Shown here: positions 8,860 to 20,164 of the stretch, in pieces
Layout of the letters: every line of letters starts with the position of its first letter
Numbering within the stretch: position 1 is the first letter of the stretch
Virus record (IMG/VR): IMGVR_UViG_3300030497_000008
Span: 64,001-128,000 of that record
DNA length: 64,000 nt
Direction: 5' to 3' (one strand)
Origin: a virus
The notes under the pieces: generated by a model
Databases searched by the model: none
What the model was told of the DNA's origin: nothing
What the model saw: only the letters and a program-made list of their open reading frames with translations
Translations under genes and position numbers: made by a program

Positions 8860-11800
8860 ATGAGCGAATTCGAAACACCATTAAGCCCATTACGTATACA
8901 AGCGCAATTGGGTAAAGATGTAAAAAGACTTTACAAAGAGGGTAGCAATATTGTTACTCTTTCTTTTGCTAAGGTCGTTAAAGTTAACTACAAATATAAT
9001 ACGGTTGATGTAATCACAACTCGCCACAAAAACTCAACAACTAAAAATCCTAATGACAATGGTAAGTTCTCTGCTAAACTACCTATAGCTTTCGGTGGAC
9101 GTACAGCAAATGGTAATGTCTACGGAACTAACACGCTAGTTACAGTTGGTTCTACAGTCCTTATAGGATTCTTAGAAGGTCAAGTAGACAACCCTATCGT
9201 AATCAACATCTACGGAGAGAACGATAACCAGTCAATGCTAACTCGTACAACAATGACAAGCGGAGACGATTCCGAAGAGATTGTACAACGTGAACTATGG
9301 CAGCTATTTAATCTATATCCTTCTATGACATATGAAAATATAGATGGACGTGGTAACCGTGAAGTCACTTTCTCAGGTAAAACATTCTTGTATATTACCG
9401 ATACAGACCAAGAGAACGCATATGTACAAGATGGTGCATTTGACTACATGGATTTACCGAGCTCAAGATACGCTAATGGTGAGCTAATTGAGCCAGAGTC
9501 TCCTAAAGCACCGACACTTCTATATGTACACCAAGGAATCTACGATGACCATAGATTCACTGTGTTCATCAAATCAGACGGTACATTCCGTGTAGGTAGT
9601 CGTCATACAAAAGGTGACCGTCATGGTATTACATATCAGCAAATGAATCCAGATGGTAGTTTCTCTATTGTGAAGAAGAACGATACGACTGACCCAGAAG
9701 AAGAGTCTTACGACCAGTCTTCTATGGAAATCCTTCCAAACGGTAACGTCCTATTACAGAATCCAAAACATAAGTTCGAGATTACCGAAGAAGGTGTCCT
9801 TGTCGATGGTAAAGAGATTGGCGCTGGAGGCGGTAACGGAGGCGGAGACTACGATGACGCTATTAAAGAAATAAATGACACGTTGAGTAAAATTTCTATC
9901 ACAGTTAAAGCCGTGGAAGGTGGTTTGGAGACAAAAGTTGAGAAGGACACATACGAGATTGACCTTGACGAAGTAAAAGGCGCACAAGAGAGATTACTAG
10001 CGGAAATCAAGACTCACATCGCTGACCTTAAAAACGCATTAGAAGATTTACGTACATTCATTGGCTCTGGATTCCCAGATGGTCAAGTAACAGATGCACG
10101 TAAAGTAGAACTAAATAAAAAGCTCCAAAACATTGATGTACTTAAATCTGTAGTTGATGGTAAGTACGATGAGGTTATGGCTGACCCGTTCATCGGTGAC
10201 ACATCTAAAGTTCCTTTACAGAACGCTAAGAACAAAATAGATGGATATCACCAAGCTCTACATAACGTTATCGATGCATCTATTACAGACGGAGTGTTAA
10301 CAGCTCAAGAGAAGTCCGATATCAACAAAGCTATTACAAACTACGTGACTTCTCTAGCGGATATCGAAATTGTGTTCGCTTCATCTATCCAAGAGTCTAT
10401 TAAAGCACGATTAAAAGAAGCGGTAGACAATCCAGTTAATTACACAAGTAAAGAGATGCTTCGACAAAGTTCTGTGCTGACACAACTGTTTAATTCTTTA
10501 ACTCTTAAAGTTAGTTCTGAACAGCTAACATCTCAGGTACAAAACCTAGAATCAAAAATGGCTACAAAGGAAGAACAAAAAGAGATTAAGAATGAGCTAG
10601 AGAAAGTAAACGAGAAGGTTGATGGTACGCTATCAAATCTTCCATACCGTGTAGAAGTATCATCTACGAATGGTACAATCTTCGTAAACGATTATATCGA
10701 TACAAGAATCTACGCTAAGATTTATAAAGGTGCGGAAGACGTCACAGCTCAAGCAGCATTGAAGGATATTATCTGGACTCGTGTATCGGATGATACTGCT
10801 GCGGATGCTGCGTGGAATAGTAGCCATGTAAATATTGGTGATTCGTTCCAAGCATCTGTAAACGATGTGAAAGATAGAGCTACGTTCTTCTGTGCATATA
10901 AAACTCCAGCAGTTGCTACAGGAAGCATCACAGTAGCTAACTTACGAGACATCACTGTATCAGACAAAGAGCCAGCAAACCCTAGAAACGGTACGATGTG
11001 GTTCGACACAAAAGAAGGTAAACTTAAAATCTTCTTAAATAACAAGTGGGAAGTGTCTTCTAAAGACCTAGACTTCAACATCCGTAACTTGTTCTTAAAC
11101 TCTCGTGACTGTACAGGTGGAGGTTGGTCGTTCGATAGAGCAGCCCGAACAAATAACCAGTACCAAGGTACATACATCATCGAGACGGGTAATAACTGGG
11201 GGAGTGTCGATTACGCTTGCCAAAACCTATTCACACGTGGAGTAGTTAAAAAAGGAGATAAAGTTACATATTGTGTACTTGCTAGACTAACAGGCGCTAC
11301 AGGAGTATCAAAAGATTTACGATTCTACTGTGAAAATGCAGCAGTAAACGGAAGTATCATAGGTCAAGTTACAACGGAGTGGAAGCAGTTCTATGTAACA
11401 ATAGATATTGTAGATGCCATGAATACTGCTGGTAGTAAAATGCGTGTCGAGGTTGCAGACTTAGAAGCAGCTAGCCTTAAGTTACAGACTACGAGCCCTA
11501 TCCTAGTACAAGGTGAAGTAGCAGTAAACTGGATTCCTGCTCCAGAGGATACTCAACGTGACATCGACGACCTTAACACAAATGTAAACTCTTTAGGTGA
11601 CGATTCTAAATTAACTCGTTTCGAGAGAAGTTTAGTACGTACATCATTAGCAGATATCACAGGCGTTTACTACAACCCAACAGACACTCCAGCAACTATC
11701 GCACAGATTGATACAGCAGGATACGGTAAGGGTAAATTATACGCATTACGTCAACAAGCTCGAAACTTAGGGTTAGATACAACGAAGAGCCCTAACTATA

Positions 11801-14800
11801 AGAAGCTAGGAGACGCGTACACAGCTCTTGTAACATACTTGAGTGGTTTTACACCTAAAGCGTGGGATACGACGTCTGGAGCGATTGTAGCTATCCCAGA
11901 CAGGGCGGTATGGAATAAGATATGGAATGACTACAATAACTTCTACGCATTATTCGAAATCGAAGTGCAGGATAGACAAAAGGAGTTTACAGAGCAAGAG
12001 ACATTGAAGATGCAGAAGGAAACTATCGGAGCAATTAGTCAAGTAGGTAACTACGATACTGCAACTCTTATAAATCCTACTACAACTGTAACACCACCTA
12101 TCGCTACATTAGGTTTACCAGAGTTTAACGGTCGAACAGCAGATGCGCGTACAATCGGTGGCATCAATATCCTTAAGGGTACAAAGACTGCACAGACAGT
12201 AGTAGGAGAAAACAGACCAAACCAAACAAAGAACATCTACGATTTCGCTGATGGTAACTCTGCAAGCATGATAGGGAAGGTACATACGGTAATGTTCTCA
12301 TGGGAGATAACTCCTGATGCAAACGGAGAGATTGCAGGTACGATGTATATGCAAGGTAGTAACCCATACCCAGCCATCGCATCAACAACGACATTCTCTA
12401 CAAATAACACTAGAGGTGTCTACACAGATTTATGTACAGTCCCATCAGGTACAGCATCATTCATCTCAGTTAACATGCGCTGCGATAACATGAAGGGTAC
12501 ACTAACGATTAGCAACATGAAAATAGCTGATGGAGACATCAGACGTACAATTCAATACTCACCTTCTCCAAATGAAGGGTATTTCGACATTGGAAACCGT
12601 ATTAGACCTGTAACAAACCCTACATTCTACAACGGTACACAGCTTACTATTTTTGGTAAGTTTCATGGGATGTACGGATATGTCGATAGATTCTACTGGA
12701 ACGAGAACGGGGTAGCTACTAAAGAAAAGTACTGGGAAGACCTTCCATTAGATGATAAGCAAAATTGGAGTTTACTCGACAGCCGAGCAGGTACTAGTAC
12801 ACAGAATAAGGTCGTATACTCTAGCGGTAATGGGGTATATCCTAGATTATTTGACGACAACTCGTTACCATCTAACCAAACTAACAGGAATGGTGGTTCT
12901 ACCGCATCCCTCGTTAGTAACTATGTAAACCTTGTTTGCACAAATCCTAGCGATTCATTCTTCCAGATTGGAGGTTACGACCAAGGACTTCATAACTTTA
13001 CAAATGGCGAACAGCTAACTATATCCGTCGATGTCAACTGCGATGTAACTGACGCTTATGTTGCGTTCTGGTTTGATGATGGTAATGGGTGGTATGAGAG
13101 CCAGAGGTCTGTAGCAACAACAGCAGGTTCTTGGAACAGAATTGTAAACACAATGACTGTACCTGCAAAAGCGCAGAAATGTATGTGGCGAGTTTACTTC
13201 CCACGCGTAGAAGGCTCTAGAGGAAAAACACTTAGACTAAAAAACGTTATGGTAGTTGCGGGTACTAACTCATCATGGCATGAAGGTAATCTAAGTTTCT
13301 ATAGACGGTTCAAATCAACAGCAGTAATGCCTTATCAACCTAGTTCACAGAACCTAGCGCAGATGGCAGACTTGAACGGATTTTACATGGCATCTAGACA
13401 AGATACTAACGCACCTAACCAATTCACATTTGACGCTAATAAGAACGAGTTAATCGTTTCCGTCAACGACTTAGATACAGGTTTCGATAGAGCTTACGCA
13501 AGCCCTACAGCAGACGAGATTAAGTCTTATTTCTTGGGCTGGAAGTTATGTGATGGTACATCTGTGAATAGTCCATATAAAGGCTCTGGAGTCAAGGTGT
13601 GGTTTCCTATTGGTGACACAAACTTAGATAGAAAATATCAGTCAAACGATGGTAAACCTCCTAAGGATATCTCTCCATCATTCCAAGAGAGAGTCAAGTG
13701 TCAACCATATCAGTTCGTAGGACTACTAGACACTCCAGTTGCGCTTGAAGTAGAGTTTGAAGGTATCTTAGAATTACTACCAAAAGCCAATGCAGTAACC
13801 GTAGCCTACCCGAACTGGACACCAGAGATTTCGACAGGTAAGTACAAGTACGGTATAAACCTAGCAACAGTCAACCAAGATACACGATTCCTTGTACCTG
13901 CTATGCAAAAACGAATCTCTAATGCGGAGCAAAAGATTACAGATAAAGCTATTACAAGTACTGTAATCAATTCTATCGAATACCAGTTAGGTCTTAAAGA
14001 AAAAGCCAATGCATCGGATTTATCTGGACTAGCATCAAAAAATGAGCTTGACAAGTTATCTCATGACGTAGACGACAGAATCCAGAAAAACATAGACAAG
14101 CTAGATTTCACCCCATATGTAACAAAGTCTGATTTAGAGCAAACATCTCTAGCGTGGGCTGCACGATTCTTAGCTACTGGTGGTATGAACATTGTTAATA
14201 ACTCTATCGGTTTTGCTGGTATGGACTTCTGGTTTGTAGACATGCCAAACACGTATAACATCCCTACAGTGGTCGCAACAGCGTTATTAGACAGTTTAGG
14301 GTTCGGTAAAGGATTCCAGTTCAAAGCAGATAACACGAAACCGAAGTCTATGAGTCAGGACTTATCGACTATACCTAACCAACCTTACGCGATTAGTTGG
14401 TATTTAGATAAGTTCACGGGCGGAGCAAACCTAGTAGACCATCGATTCAATATCGAGATACTAGAGCAGAACGATGCAGGAACATGGGTTGTTGTTACGC
14501 AGTTAAATAATAACAACGCCAAAGTAACCGACGGTTTCGAAGCTTCTTACATGACATTCACTCCGACGAAGGGTAAGGTTAGACTTCGTATAACGGCTGG
14601 TAAGTCATGTGAGGCAATTATCTCTGGTATAATGGTTAATATAGGGGACGTACCGATTCCTTGGACTTTATCAACTGGAGAATTGTATAACACGAACATC
14701 CAATTAAACATCAACGGTATCCGTGTTTCTCAGTTAGACGCGAATAAAAACGAAATTGGTTACACGATGATTTCGCCGACAGAGTTCGCAGGTTACTACT

Positions 14801-14955
14801 CTAATAATGGTCAATACGAGAAAGTCTTCTGGTTAAACGGAGACGAGACAGTTACTAAGAAACTTCGTGCAACACAGGAGATAAACTTAGGTAACGTTAA
14901 AGTTCTCGATGTTAACGGAGTAAATACAGGGTGGGCGTTCATTTCAAACTACTAA
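8860..14955 (+). CDS. Central spike / large tail fibre with coiled-coil and several carbohydrate-binding-like modules
   Basis: 2031 aa; N-terminal spike-type domain (AKVVKVNYKYNTVDV..VGSTVLIGFLEG), coiled coil, RNL..W.PAPED beta-sandwich modules. Confidence 0.8.
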   Translation: MSEFETPLSPLRIQAQLGKDVKRLYKEGSNIVTLSFAKVVKVNYKYNTVDVITTRHKNSTTKNPNDNGKFSAKLPIAFGGRTANGNVYGTNTLVTVGSTVLIGFLEGQVDNPIVINIYGENDNQSMLTRTTMTSGDDSEEIVQRELWQLFNLYPSMTYENIDGRGNREVTFSGKTFLYITDTDQENAYVQDGAFDYMDLPSSRYANGELIEPESPKAPTLLYVHQGIYDDHRFTVFIKSDGTFRVGSRHTKGDRHGITYQQMNPDGSFSIVKKNDTTDPEEESYDQSSMEILPNGNVLLQNPKHKFEITEEGVLVDGKEIGAGGGNGGGDYDDAIKEINDTLSKISITVKAVEGGLETKVEKDTYEIDLDEVKGAQERLLAEIKTHIADLKNALEDLRTFIGSGFPDGQVTDARKVELNKKLQNIDVLKSVVDGKYDEVMADPFIGDTSKVPLQNAKNKIDGYHQALHNVIDASITDGVLTAQEKSDINKAITNYVTSLADIEIVFASSIQESIKARLKEAVDNPVNYTSKEMLRQSSVLTQLFNSLTLKVSSEQLTSQVQNLESKMATKEEQKEIKNELEKVNEKVDGTLSNLPYRVEVSSTNGTIFVNDYIDTRIYAKIYKGAEDVTAQAALKDIIWTRVSDDTAADAAWNSSHVNIGDSFQASVNDVKDRATFFCAYKTPAVATGSITVANLRDITVSDKEPANPRNGTMWFDTKEGKLKIFLNNKWEVSSKDLDFNIRNLFLNSRDCTGGGWSFDRAARTNNQYQGTYIIETGNNWGSVDYACQNLFTRGVVKKGDKVTYCVLARLTGATGVSKDLRFYCENAAVNGSIIGQVTTEWKQFYVTIDIVDAMNTAGSKMRVEVADLEAASLKLQTTSPILVQGEVAVNWIPAPEDTQRDIDDLNTNVNSLGDDSKLTRFERSLVRTSLADITGVYYNPTDTPATIAQIDTAGYGKGKLYALRQQARNLGLDTTKSPNYKKLGDAYTALVTYLSGFTPKAWDTTSGAIVAIPDRAVWNKIWNDYNNFYALFEIEVQDRQKEFTEQETLKMQKETIGAISQVGNYDTATLINPTTTVTPPIATLGLPEFNGRTADARTIGGINILKGTKTAQTVVGENRPNQTKNIYDFADGNSASMIGKVHTVMFSWEITPDANGEIAGTMYMQGSNPYPAIASTTTFSTNNTRGVYTDLCTVPSGTASFISVNMRCDNMKGTLTISNMKIADGDIRRTIQYSPSPNEGYFDIGNRIRPVTNPTFYNGTQLTIFGKFHGMYGYVDRFYWNENGVATKEKYWEDLPLDDKQNWSLLDSRAGTSTQNKVVYSSGNGVYPRLFDDNSLPSNQTNRNGGSTASLVSNYVNLVCTNPSDSFFQIGGYDQGLHNFTNGEQLTISVDVNCDVTDAYVAFWFDDGNGWYESQRSVATTAGSWNRIVNTMTVPAKAQKCMWRVYFPRVEGSRGKTLRLKNVMVVAGTNSSWHEGNLSFYRRFKSTAVMPYQPSSQNLAQMADLNGFYMASRQDTNAPNQFTFDANKNELIVSVNDLDTGFDRAYASPTADEIKSYFLGWKLCDGTSVNSPYKGSGVKVWFPIGDTNLDRKYQSNDGKPPKDISPSFQERVKCQPYQFVGLLDTPVALEVEFEGILELLPKANAVTVAYPNWTPEISTGKYKYGINLATVNQDTRFLVPAMQKRISNAEQKITDKAITSTVINSIEYQLGLKEKANASDLSGLASKNELDKLSHDVDDRIQKNIDKLDFTPYVTKSDLEQTSLAWAARFLATGGMNIVNNSIGFAGMDFWFVDMPNTYNIPTVVATALLDSLGFGKGFQFKADNTKPKSMSQDLSTIPNQPYAISWYLDKFTGGANLVDHRFNIEILEQNDAGTWVVVTQLNNNNAKVTDGFEASYMTFTPTKGKVRLRITAGKSCEAIISGIMVNIGDVPIPWTLSTGELYNTNIQLNINGIRVSQLDANKNEIGYTMISPTEFAGYYSNNGQYEKVFWLNGDETVTKKLRATQEINLGNVKVLDVNGVNTGWAFISNY

Positions 14956-14967
14956 GGAGGTCATTCA

Positions 14968-17577
14968 ATGGCAAACGGTTCATTCACAGTCCCTACTACT
15001 AACCAATACGTAGTAGGGTGGTGTTACTGGGAGAGTTACCCTAATTACGAGGGTAACTATAGCCTAGTACAGGTTTCACTATTTTTCTCAAGAACAAACT
15101 CTGGATACGAAACAAAAGGTAGCGGAACATTTAGTGTCCAAACAAATCTAGGGCAATCCATAGTAAGGAGCACATCGTTCAGTATTACCCAAAACTCAAA
15201 TACACAGGTATTAACAGGTTCATTTACTGTAGCTCATAATGCTGATGGACGATTATCATTCCGTATGAGTGCTGGAGCTAGTACAAACGTATTCTCTAAC
15301 TTAGCAAATGGTATGGATTGTACGATGGATGCAATCCCTAGAGCAAGTACATTATCATCTAATATTGATTGGACGTTAGGTTTGACAGACCTTCCTATTA
15401 CGATAAATAGGTCTTCTTCTAACTTTGACCATATCATTCGTATTGGTATGACAAAACCAAATGGAGAGAAAGTTTTCTTAGCATGGCGAAGTGGAATTGG
15501 AGATAGTACAAACGTCCAGTTTACTATGGACGAGTTAACGCAATTCTATATTGGTATGGGGCAATTCGAAGAACGACCCGCTCACGTTATCGTACAAACA
15601 TGGAACAATGGTAACATAATCGGAGAGACAGAAAAGACAGGTGTTGTACGAGGAATCACTCCAGCTACCATGATATGTCCCGACTTCGATATCGGAGCTA
15701 CAAGCGTAGATACTACAACAGATTACTGGTATTCTAATTTTCAATATGACTTGACATTTACTTTTGGTAGCTTCTCTAAATTTTTTGGGGACATAAAGAA
15801 ATTCCCGAAAATGACGTTTACGCAAGATGACATCAATAAGATGTATAACCAAATTCCTAATGATAATTCTGGTAAAGCTACCTTAAAGGTTGTAACAAAG
15901 TACAACGGTGTTCTCGTCAATGATGGAATTCCTAAACCAGATACAACAACCATTACTGTTTATGCACGTAATAGCGCACCGACTTACAACGGCGGGATGA
16001 CGTATGCAGACATCAATACAGTAACTACCAATCTAACAAAGAATAACCAGTACATCGTACAGAACAACTCCAAGATTAGGGTTACACTTCCTGTAGCGAA
16101 TAAAGCACAAGCGAACAATGGAGCTACTATGAAGAGCTATGATGTTACCATTAACGGTGTTACGAAGTCTGTAAATTATTCTGATACAACAAATTTAACT
16201 GTTGATTTCGACCCAATAAATGTAAGTTCGAATACAGTGCTGCGCGTTGAGGCAGTAGATAGTAGGGGAAACAGGACGGCGGCAACTTCTGCTATATTAG
16301 TAGTAGCATATCAGCCACCTAAGGTATTCGGTGAAGCGAAAAGGAAAAATAATTTCGAAGAAGACACAGAGCTATACATGTATGGTTCTTATTCTCCTTT
16401 GATTATAGATTCTTTAGAGAGGAACACGCTTAAAACACCTGTGTATCGTTATAAACTGCTAACTAGTCCGAGTTACGGAGACCCAGTAACCATGATAGTT
16501 TCGAGAGAAGGTACAAACCAGTTCAAATCTAATAAGCCTATTCAGAAACTTGGGAATACTCAGTCATGGCAGGTAGAGTTCTCTATTACTGACCAGCTAA
16601 ACAATACGGATACGACTACCGTATATGTTCCTGTTGGTACGCCTCTCTTATTCCTAGATACTAAGATGAAGACTGTTGGTATTGGTAGATTACCGAAGTA
16701 CAGTGACTATACTCTTGAAGTTGGCGGTAGAACTTTAATAAACGGTACACTTCATACAAGCGCCGTCAACTTCCCTCGAACAGCTACAGGGGATAACCCT
16801 AATGGTTCATGGGATACATTTTATATGTTAGATAGCAAGCAGTACTTCAACAACCAGCCAGTACTAGAGCATATACTAGCCACACCGAACTTGAGATTGG
16901 GCGGTAACTTCTACGCCAGAAATACGGGAGGCGTTTATCTAGATTACTACGGAAATCTCATTGGGCAACCGACAGCAGGTAGTGGTAACTCGTTTAGTAT
17001 TATCGACGCCGACAACAAAGTGCGGTTCACCGCAGGTATCGGTAAAGGGAATACACTATCTACCGAAGTATCTAGTTATGGAGGGTATCTAAACCTAAAA
17101 CATGATAACTTTACTGTAGCTTCGTTCCGACAAAATAACAACGGCGGGAACTGCTTCATGCATTTAGGTAGAGGTATTGTAGCATATGAGGGTGGCGGTG
17201 ATGGTGGTAGAGGTTCTGTCGCATTCGCCAACAGTGCTTTTGACGCGTTGCTTATGATTCGTGCTAAAGGTGTTGATACGGGTTCTTCTCTTAAATTTAA
17301 AAAGAATGTTAAGCCGTTCCTCGATGATGTGCTAAGTATCATAAAGTCCACTAGCGCTTATAGCTACCATTACAAAGATGAAAGGGATGATTCAAAAAGA
17401 AGTCTAGGTCTTGTTACAGAGTATTCTCCTAGCATCATCAAAGGTAAAGATGGTGACACTATATCTCAATATTCTATGTCCACATATATGTGGCGTGGAA
17501 TACAGCAACTAATTGCTAGAATAGAAAAAATAGAAACTAAACTAGAAGAGAAGGAGCAAGAAAATGAGCGAAAATAA
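14968..17577 (+). CDS. Tail fibre / minor structural protein (DUF859-like N-terminus) with C-terminal S74 intramolecular chaperone
   Basis: AIPRAST motif; C-terminal SSLKFKKNVK..Y.YHYK..LGLVTE..WRGIQQLIARIEKIE coiled coil. Confidence 0.75.
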   Translation: MANGSFTVPTTNQYVVGWCYWESYPNYEGNYSLVQVSLFFSRTNSGYETKGSGTFSVQTNLGQSIVRSTSFSITQNSNTQVLTGSFTVAHNADGRLSFRMSAGASTNVFSNLANGMDCTMDAIPRASTLSSNIDWTLGLTDLPITINRSSSNFDHIIRIGMTKPNGEKVFLAWRSGIGDSTNVQFTMDELTQFYIGMGQFEERPAHVIVQTWNNGNIIGETEKTGVVRGITPATMICPDFDIGATSVDTTTDYWYSNFQYDLTFTFGSFSKFFGDIKKFPKMTFTQDDINKMYNQIPNDNSGKATLKVVTKYNGVLVNDGIPKPDTTTITVYARNSAPTYNGGMTYADINTVTTNLTKNNQYIVQNNSKIRVTLPVANKAQANNGATMKSYDVTINGVTKSVNYSDTTNLTVDFDPINVSSNTVLRVEAVDSRGNRTAATSAILVVAYQPPKVFGEAKRKNNFEEDTELYMYGSYSPLIIDSLERNTLKTPVYRYKLLTSPSYGDPVTMIVSREGTNQFKSNKPIQKLGNTQSWQVEFSITDQLNNTDTTTVYVPVGTPLLFLDTKMKTVGIGRLPKYSDYTLEVGGRTLINGTLHTSAVNFPRTATGDNPNGSWDTFYMLDSKQYFNNQPVLEHILATPNLRLGGNFYARNTGGVYLDYYGNLIGQPTAGSGNSFSIIDADNKVRFTAGIGKGNTLSTEVSSYGGYLNLKHDNFTVASFRQNNNGGNCFMHLGRGIVAYEGGGDGGRGSVAFANSAFDALLMIRAKGVDTGSSLKFKKNVKPFLDDVLSIIKSTSAYSYHYKDERDDSKRSLGLVTEYSPSIIKGKDGDTISQYSMSTYMWRGIQQLIARIEKIETKLEEKEQENERK

Positions 17578-17983
17578 CTTAATTAACCCAGAAAGCAGTC
17601 CAATAATTATTGAATCACCAGAGTACCCAAAATACTTTAAAGAAATAACATGGCAGTATAATTGGCAGAAATCTGATACATACGCAGTACTACAAGATGT
17701 CCATGATTATGTATATTGGAACGGTGCAGGTCAAGAGATTACATCTAAGAGAATATATTTTGCTGATGCAGGTTTCCATCAAGGCGGAGATAAGGACGGT
17801 CAACCTTACGTAGATAACAAGACTTTCCCTGACTTCGCTAAGACAACTTGTGATGCACTAGTATTTGATACAATCAAGAGAAAACTAGGTAAGGTTAAAC
17901 TAGGCGCTATGCGATTCTTTGTAGCAACATACCCATTAACAGTAGATGATGTATTTCCAAAAGAGACGGGGGAAACTAAATGA
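17564..17983 (+). CDS. Hypothetical protein, tail fibre module
   Basis: ORF with AAGGAG SD overlapping the upstream stop. Confidence 0.7.
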   Translation: MSENNLINPESSPIIIESPEYPKYFKEITWQYNWQKSDTYAVLQDVHDYVYWNGAGQEITSKRIYFADAGFHQGGDKDGQPYVDNKTFPDFAKTTCDALVFDTIKRKLGKVKLGAMRFFVATYPLTVDDVFPKETGETK

Positions 17984-18477
17984 TTATAGATAACATGAAA
18001 CCTTATGAGCACGAGTTAGTAACTAAAGGCTTCGATGGCATGAGTGTAATCAACCAAAACGAGTTGATTGCTAAATTAGCGAATAACTTTGGCGTTTCTT
18101 ATTTCAACGTAGAGCATAGTATGATTCTAGATGTTCACAAAACGTTAAAACTTAAAATGCTTGAGGAAGATTATAACATGACTATCGATAGCGGTTACTT
18201 TGACATGGCTAATAACCACTTGTATGACATGAGTACAAGCAGCCAAGCGGACTTTAACAGCGTTCGTATTTTACTTGAAAGCAAACCACAAGAGCATATT
18301 AACTGGATGACCGAGGATTCTGGAGAGGTTTCACATACTTCCGCAGAATGGTTAGCTGTGTTTGAAGGTTTCACTCTTTACAAACAAGAACTTAAACACA
18401 AGTATATTAGTCTATGTAAAAAGACTACAGATGCAACATCACATCAAGAGATTCTAGACATTAAGTGGGACGCGTAA
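17980..18477 (+). CDS. Putative tail fibre assembly protein (DUF4376-like)
   Basis: INWMTED..L..I.W C-terminal pattern; follows fibre genes. Confidence 0.55.
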   Translation: MIIDNMKPYEHELVTKGFDGMSVINQNELIAKLANNFGVSYFNVEHSMILDVHKTLKLKMLEEDYNMTIDSGYFDMANNHLYDMSTSSQADFNSVRILLESKPQEHINWMTEDSGEVSHTSAEWLAVFEGFTLYKQELKHKYISLCKKTTDATSHQEILDIKWDA

Positions 18478-18533
18478 TCAATCGCATCCCGCTTCGTGGT
18501 ATAATTAAGGTATAACCAATTAGGAGGAATTAT

Positions 18534-18740
18534 ATGAATTTACCAGAACAACAAGGACAACCTATTGACCCGAATTTTTTGCTTGAAGAGCAAGGAGAGT
18601 TAATCAATAGATTAACACATGAGAATCTATCACTACGAGCTTACATTAAACAGGTTCTTGCAGATAACCAATTGATGATGGAAAAGTTGAACGAAGCAGT
18701 AAAACAACTTGAGCCAGAGGATGAACCAGAAGAATCCTAA
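18534..18740 (+). CDS. Small coiled-coil protein
   Basis: GGAGG SD, heptad pattern, own TGGTATAAT element at 18497. Confidence 0.7.
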   Translation: MNLPEQQGQPIDPNFLLEEQGELINRLTHENLSLRAYIKQVLADNQLMMEKLNEAVKQLEPEDEPEES

Positions 18741-18753
18741 TAAATACTTCACT

Positions 18754-18781
18754 AAGGACAGGATAATTTCTGTCCTTTTTT
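18754..18781 (+). terminator. Rho-independent terminator
   Basis: AAGGACAG-gataattt-CTGTCCTT plus T-run. Confidence 0.85.
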
Positions 18782-18825
18782 GTTCTATGTACTATATTAA
18801 AAATAGAAAGATAGGAGGTAACTAA

Positions 18826-19626
18826 ATGACAATTTCAGATGGACGTACTAGACTACAACGTATCGCCTTCTCTGTAGGTGGTAGAACGTTCCGATTCGCA
18901 CTAAACCCAGAATCCATGAACCACGTAGCACCTCATAGAACAACAGCTTTAAAGACTAAGAGTCGTATCATCATTGAGGATTTCCAAGCTGATATCCCAA
19001 CTATCACCATCTCTGGTACAACTGGATACAATCCTACTGGACGAGCAGAAGACCGTGGTGTAGCTAAGATTAAAGAAATGAAGAAGTTCATAGAGGATTA
19101 TGCAGGAACAGGTGGTAATGGTAAGACAGGTAAGGCAGAGTTTTATTTCCATAACTTTACCAATGACGAGAGCTTCGTTGTTCACTTAGCTCCAGAGGGT
19201 ATATCGGTCAGTCAATCTGCGGATGCCCCGCTACTTTACAAATATGAGATTAAGTTAATTATCATTCGTAAAGCTTCTGAACCTGCGGACGCTGATGTAA
19301 TTAACCCAGAAATAGGTAATAGATTCCCTTCACTACCGAACGGAGGTAATTACAAGCCATCCCCTACTTATCCGATTTTACCAACACCTATGCCAAATAG
19401 ACCAAATACAGGTACTCCTACACCTACGCCTATGCCAAATAGACCAAACTCTAATAACGGTAGTGGTAACGTAGGTGACGATGTGTATAACAAAGGTAAT
19501 GGAGGCGGATACGTACCGAACAAAGATGGTACAGTCGTGAATCCTCAAGTACCTTCCCAAATGACATATCAGTACGGGATGTCTAGTTTAGGATTTAACA
19601 TAGGATATTACGGAAGGTGGGCTTAA
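18826..19626 (+). CDS. Baseplate / tube initiator protein with Pro-rich tail
   Basis: MTISDGRTRLQRIAF..FRFALNPE..ITISGTTG Herelleviridae pattern; PTPMPNRPN occurs twice. Confidence 0.75.
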   Translation: MTISDGRTRLQRIAFSVGGRTFRFALNPESMNHVAPHRTTALKTKSRIIIEDFQADIPTITISGTTGYNPTGRAEDRGVAKIKEMKKFIEDYAGTGGNGKTGKAEFYFHNFTNDESFVVHLAPEGISVSQSADAPLLYKYEIKLIIIRKASEPADADVINPEIGNRFPSLPNGGNYKPSPTYPILPTPMPNRPNTGTPTPTPMPNRPNSNNGSGNVGDDVYNKGNGGGYVPNKDGTVVNPQVPSQMTYQYGMSSLGFNIGYYGRWA

Positions 19627-19627
19627 G

Positions 19628-20164
19628 ATGACTAGAAGTGTAACAGCAAAGCCAAATGTACTTGTTCGATTCGTATCAGGTATTAGTCCAATGCCAGACG
19701 GGACAATCCCTTTCAACCTATTGAACGATGCACCACTATTTCAATCCAGAATATACAAACCTGTATTTAGCCTATCGTCAGTAGCAATGATTGTACTAGG
19801 TAAGATTAATCAAGGACTTGTAGAGACGGTTGACATAGATATAGACGACAATACGATTGTCAAGAAAGTAATGAATTCCGATTTAGCAACAACAAACCCT
19901 CGAATCTATACATTGATTGTTTCAACGATTCTAGAGTCATTTGCTATATTGTATACGATAGAGTCAGAAAGTTCTGACTTGCAATACCTGACAAAGAAAG
20001 ATTTCAAAAGAATTCGAGAGAATATCAACTACATAGCAGACTTCTTAAGTACGAATCGTAAGTACCGAGGAATGATTGAAGAGTTTCGTATTTCAAACAT
20101 ATCTTTAGGATATCTAGAGAATCAAGTCGAGTACATATTAACAGAAAGGGCGGAGACATTGTAA
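19628..20164 (+). CDS. Virion structural protein (baseplate module)
   Basis: Conserved position in Herelleviridae baseplate cluster. Confidence 0.7.
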   Translation: MTRSVTAKPNVLVRFVSGISPMPDGTIPFNLLNDAPLFQSRIYKPVFSLSSVAMIVLGKINQGLVETVDIDIDDNTIVKKVMNSDLATTNPRIYTLIVSTILESFAILYTIESESSDLQYLTKKDFKRIRENINYIADFLSTNRKYRGMIEEFRISNISLGYLENQVEYILTERAETL

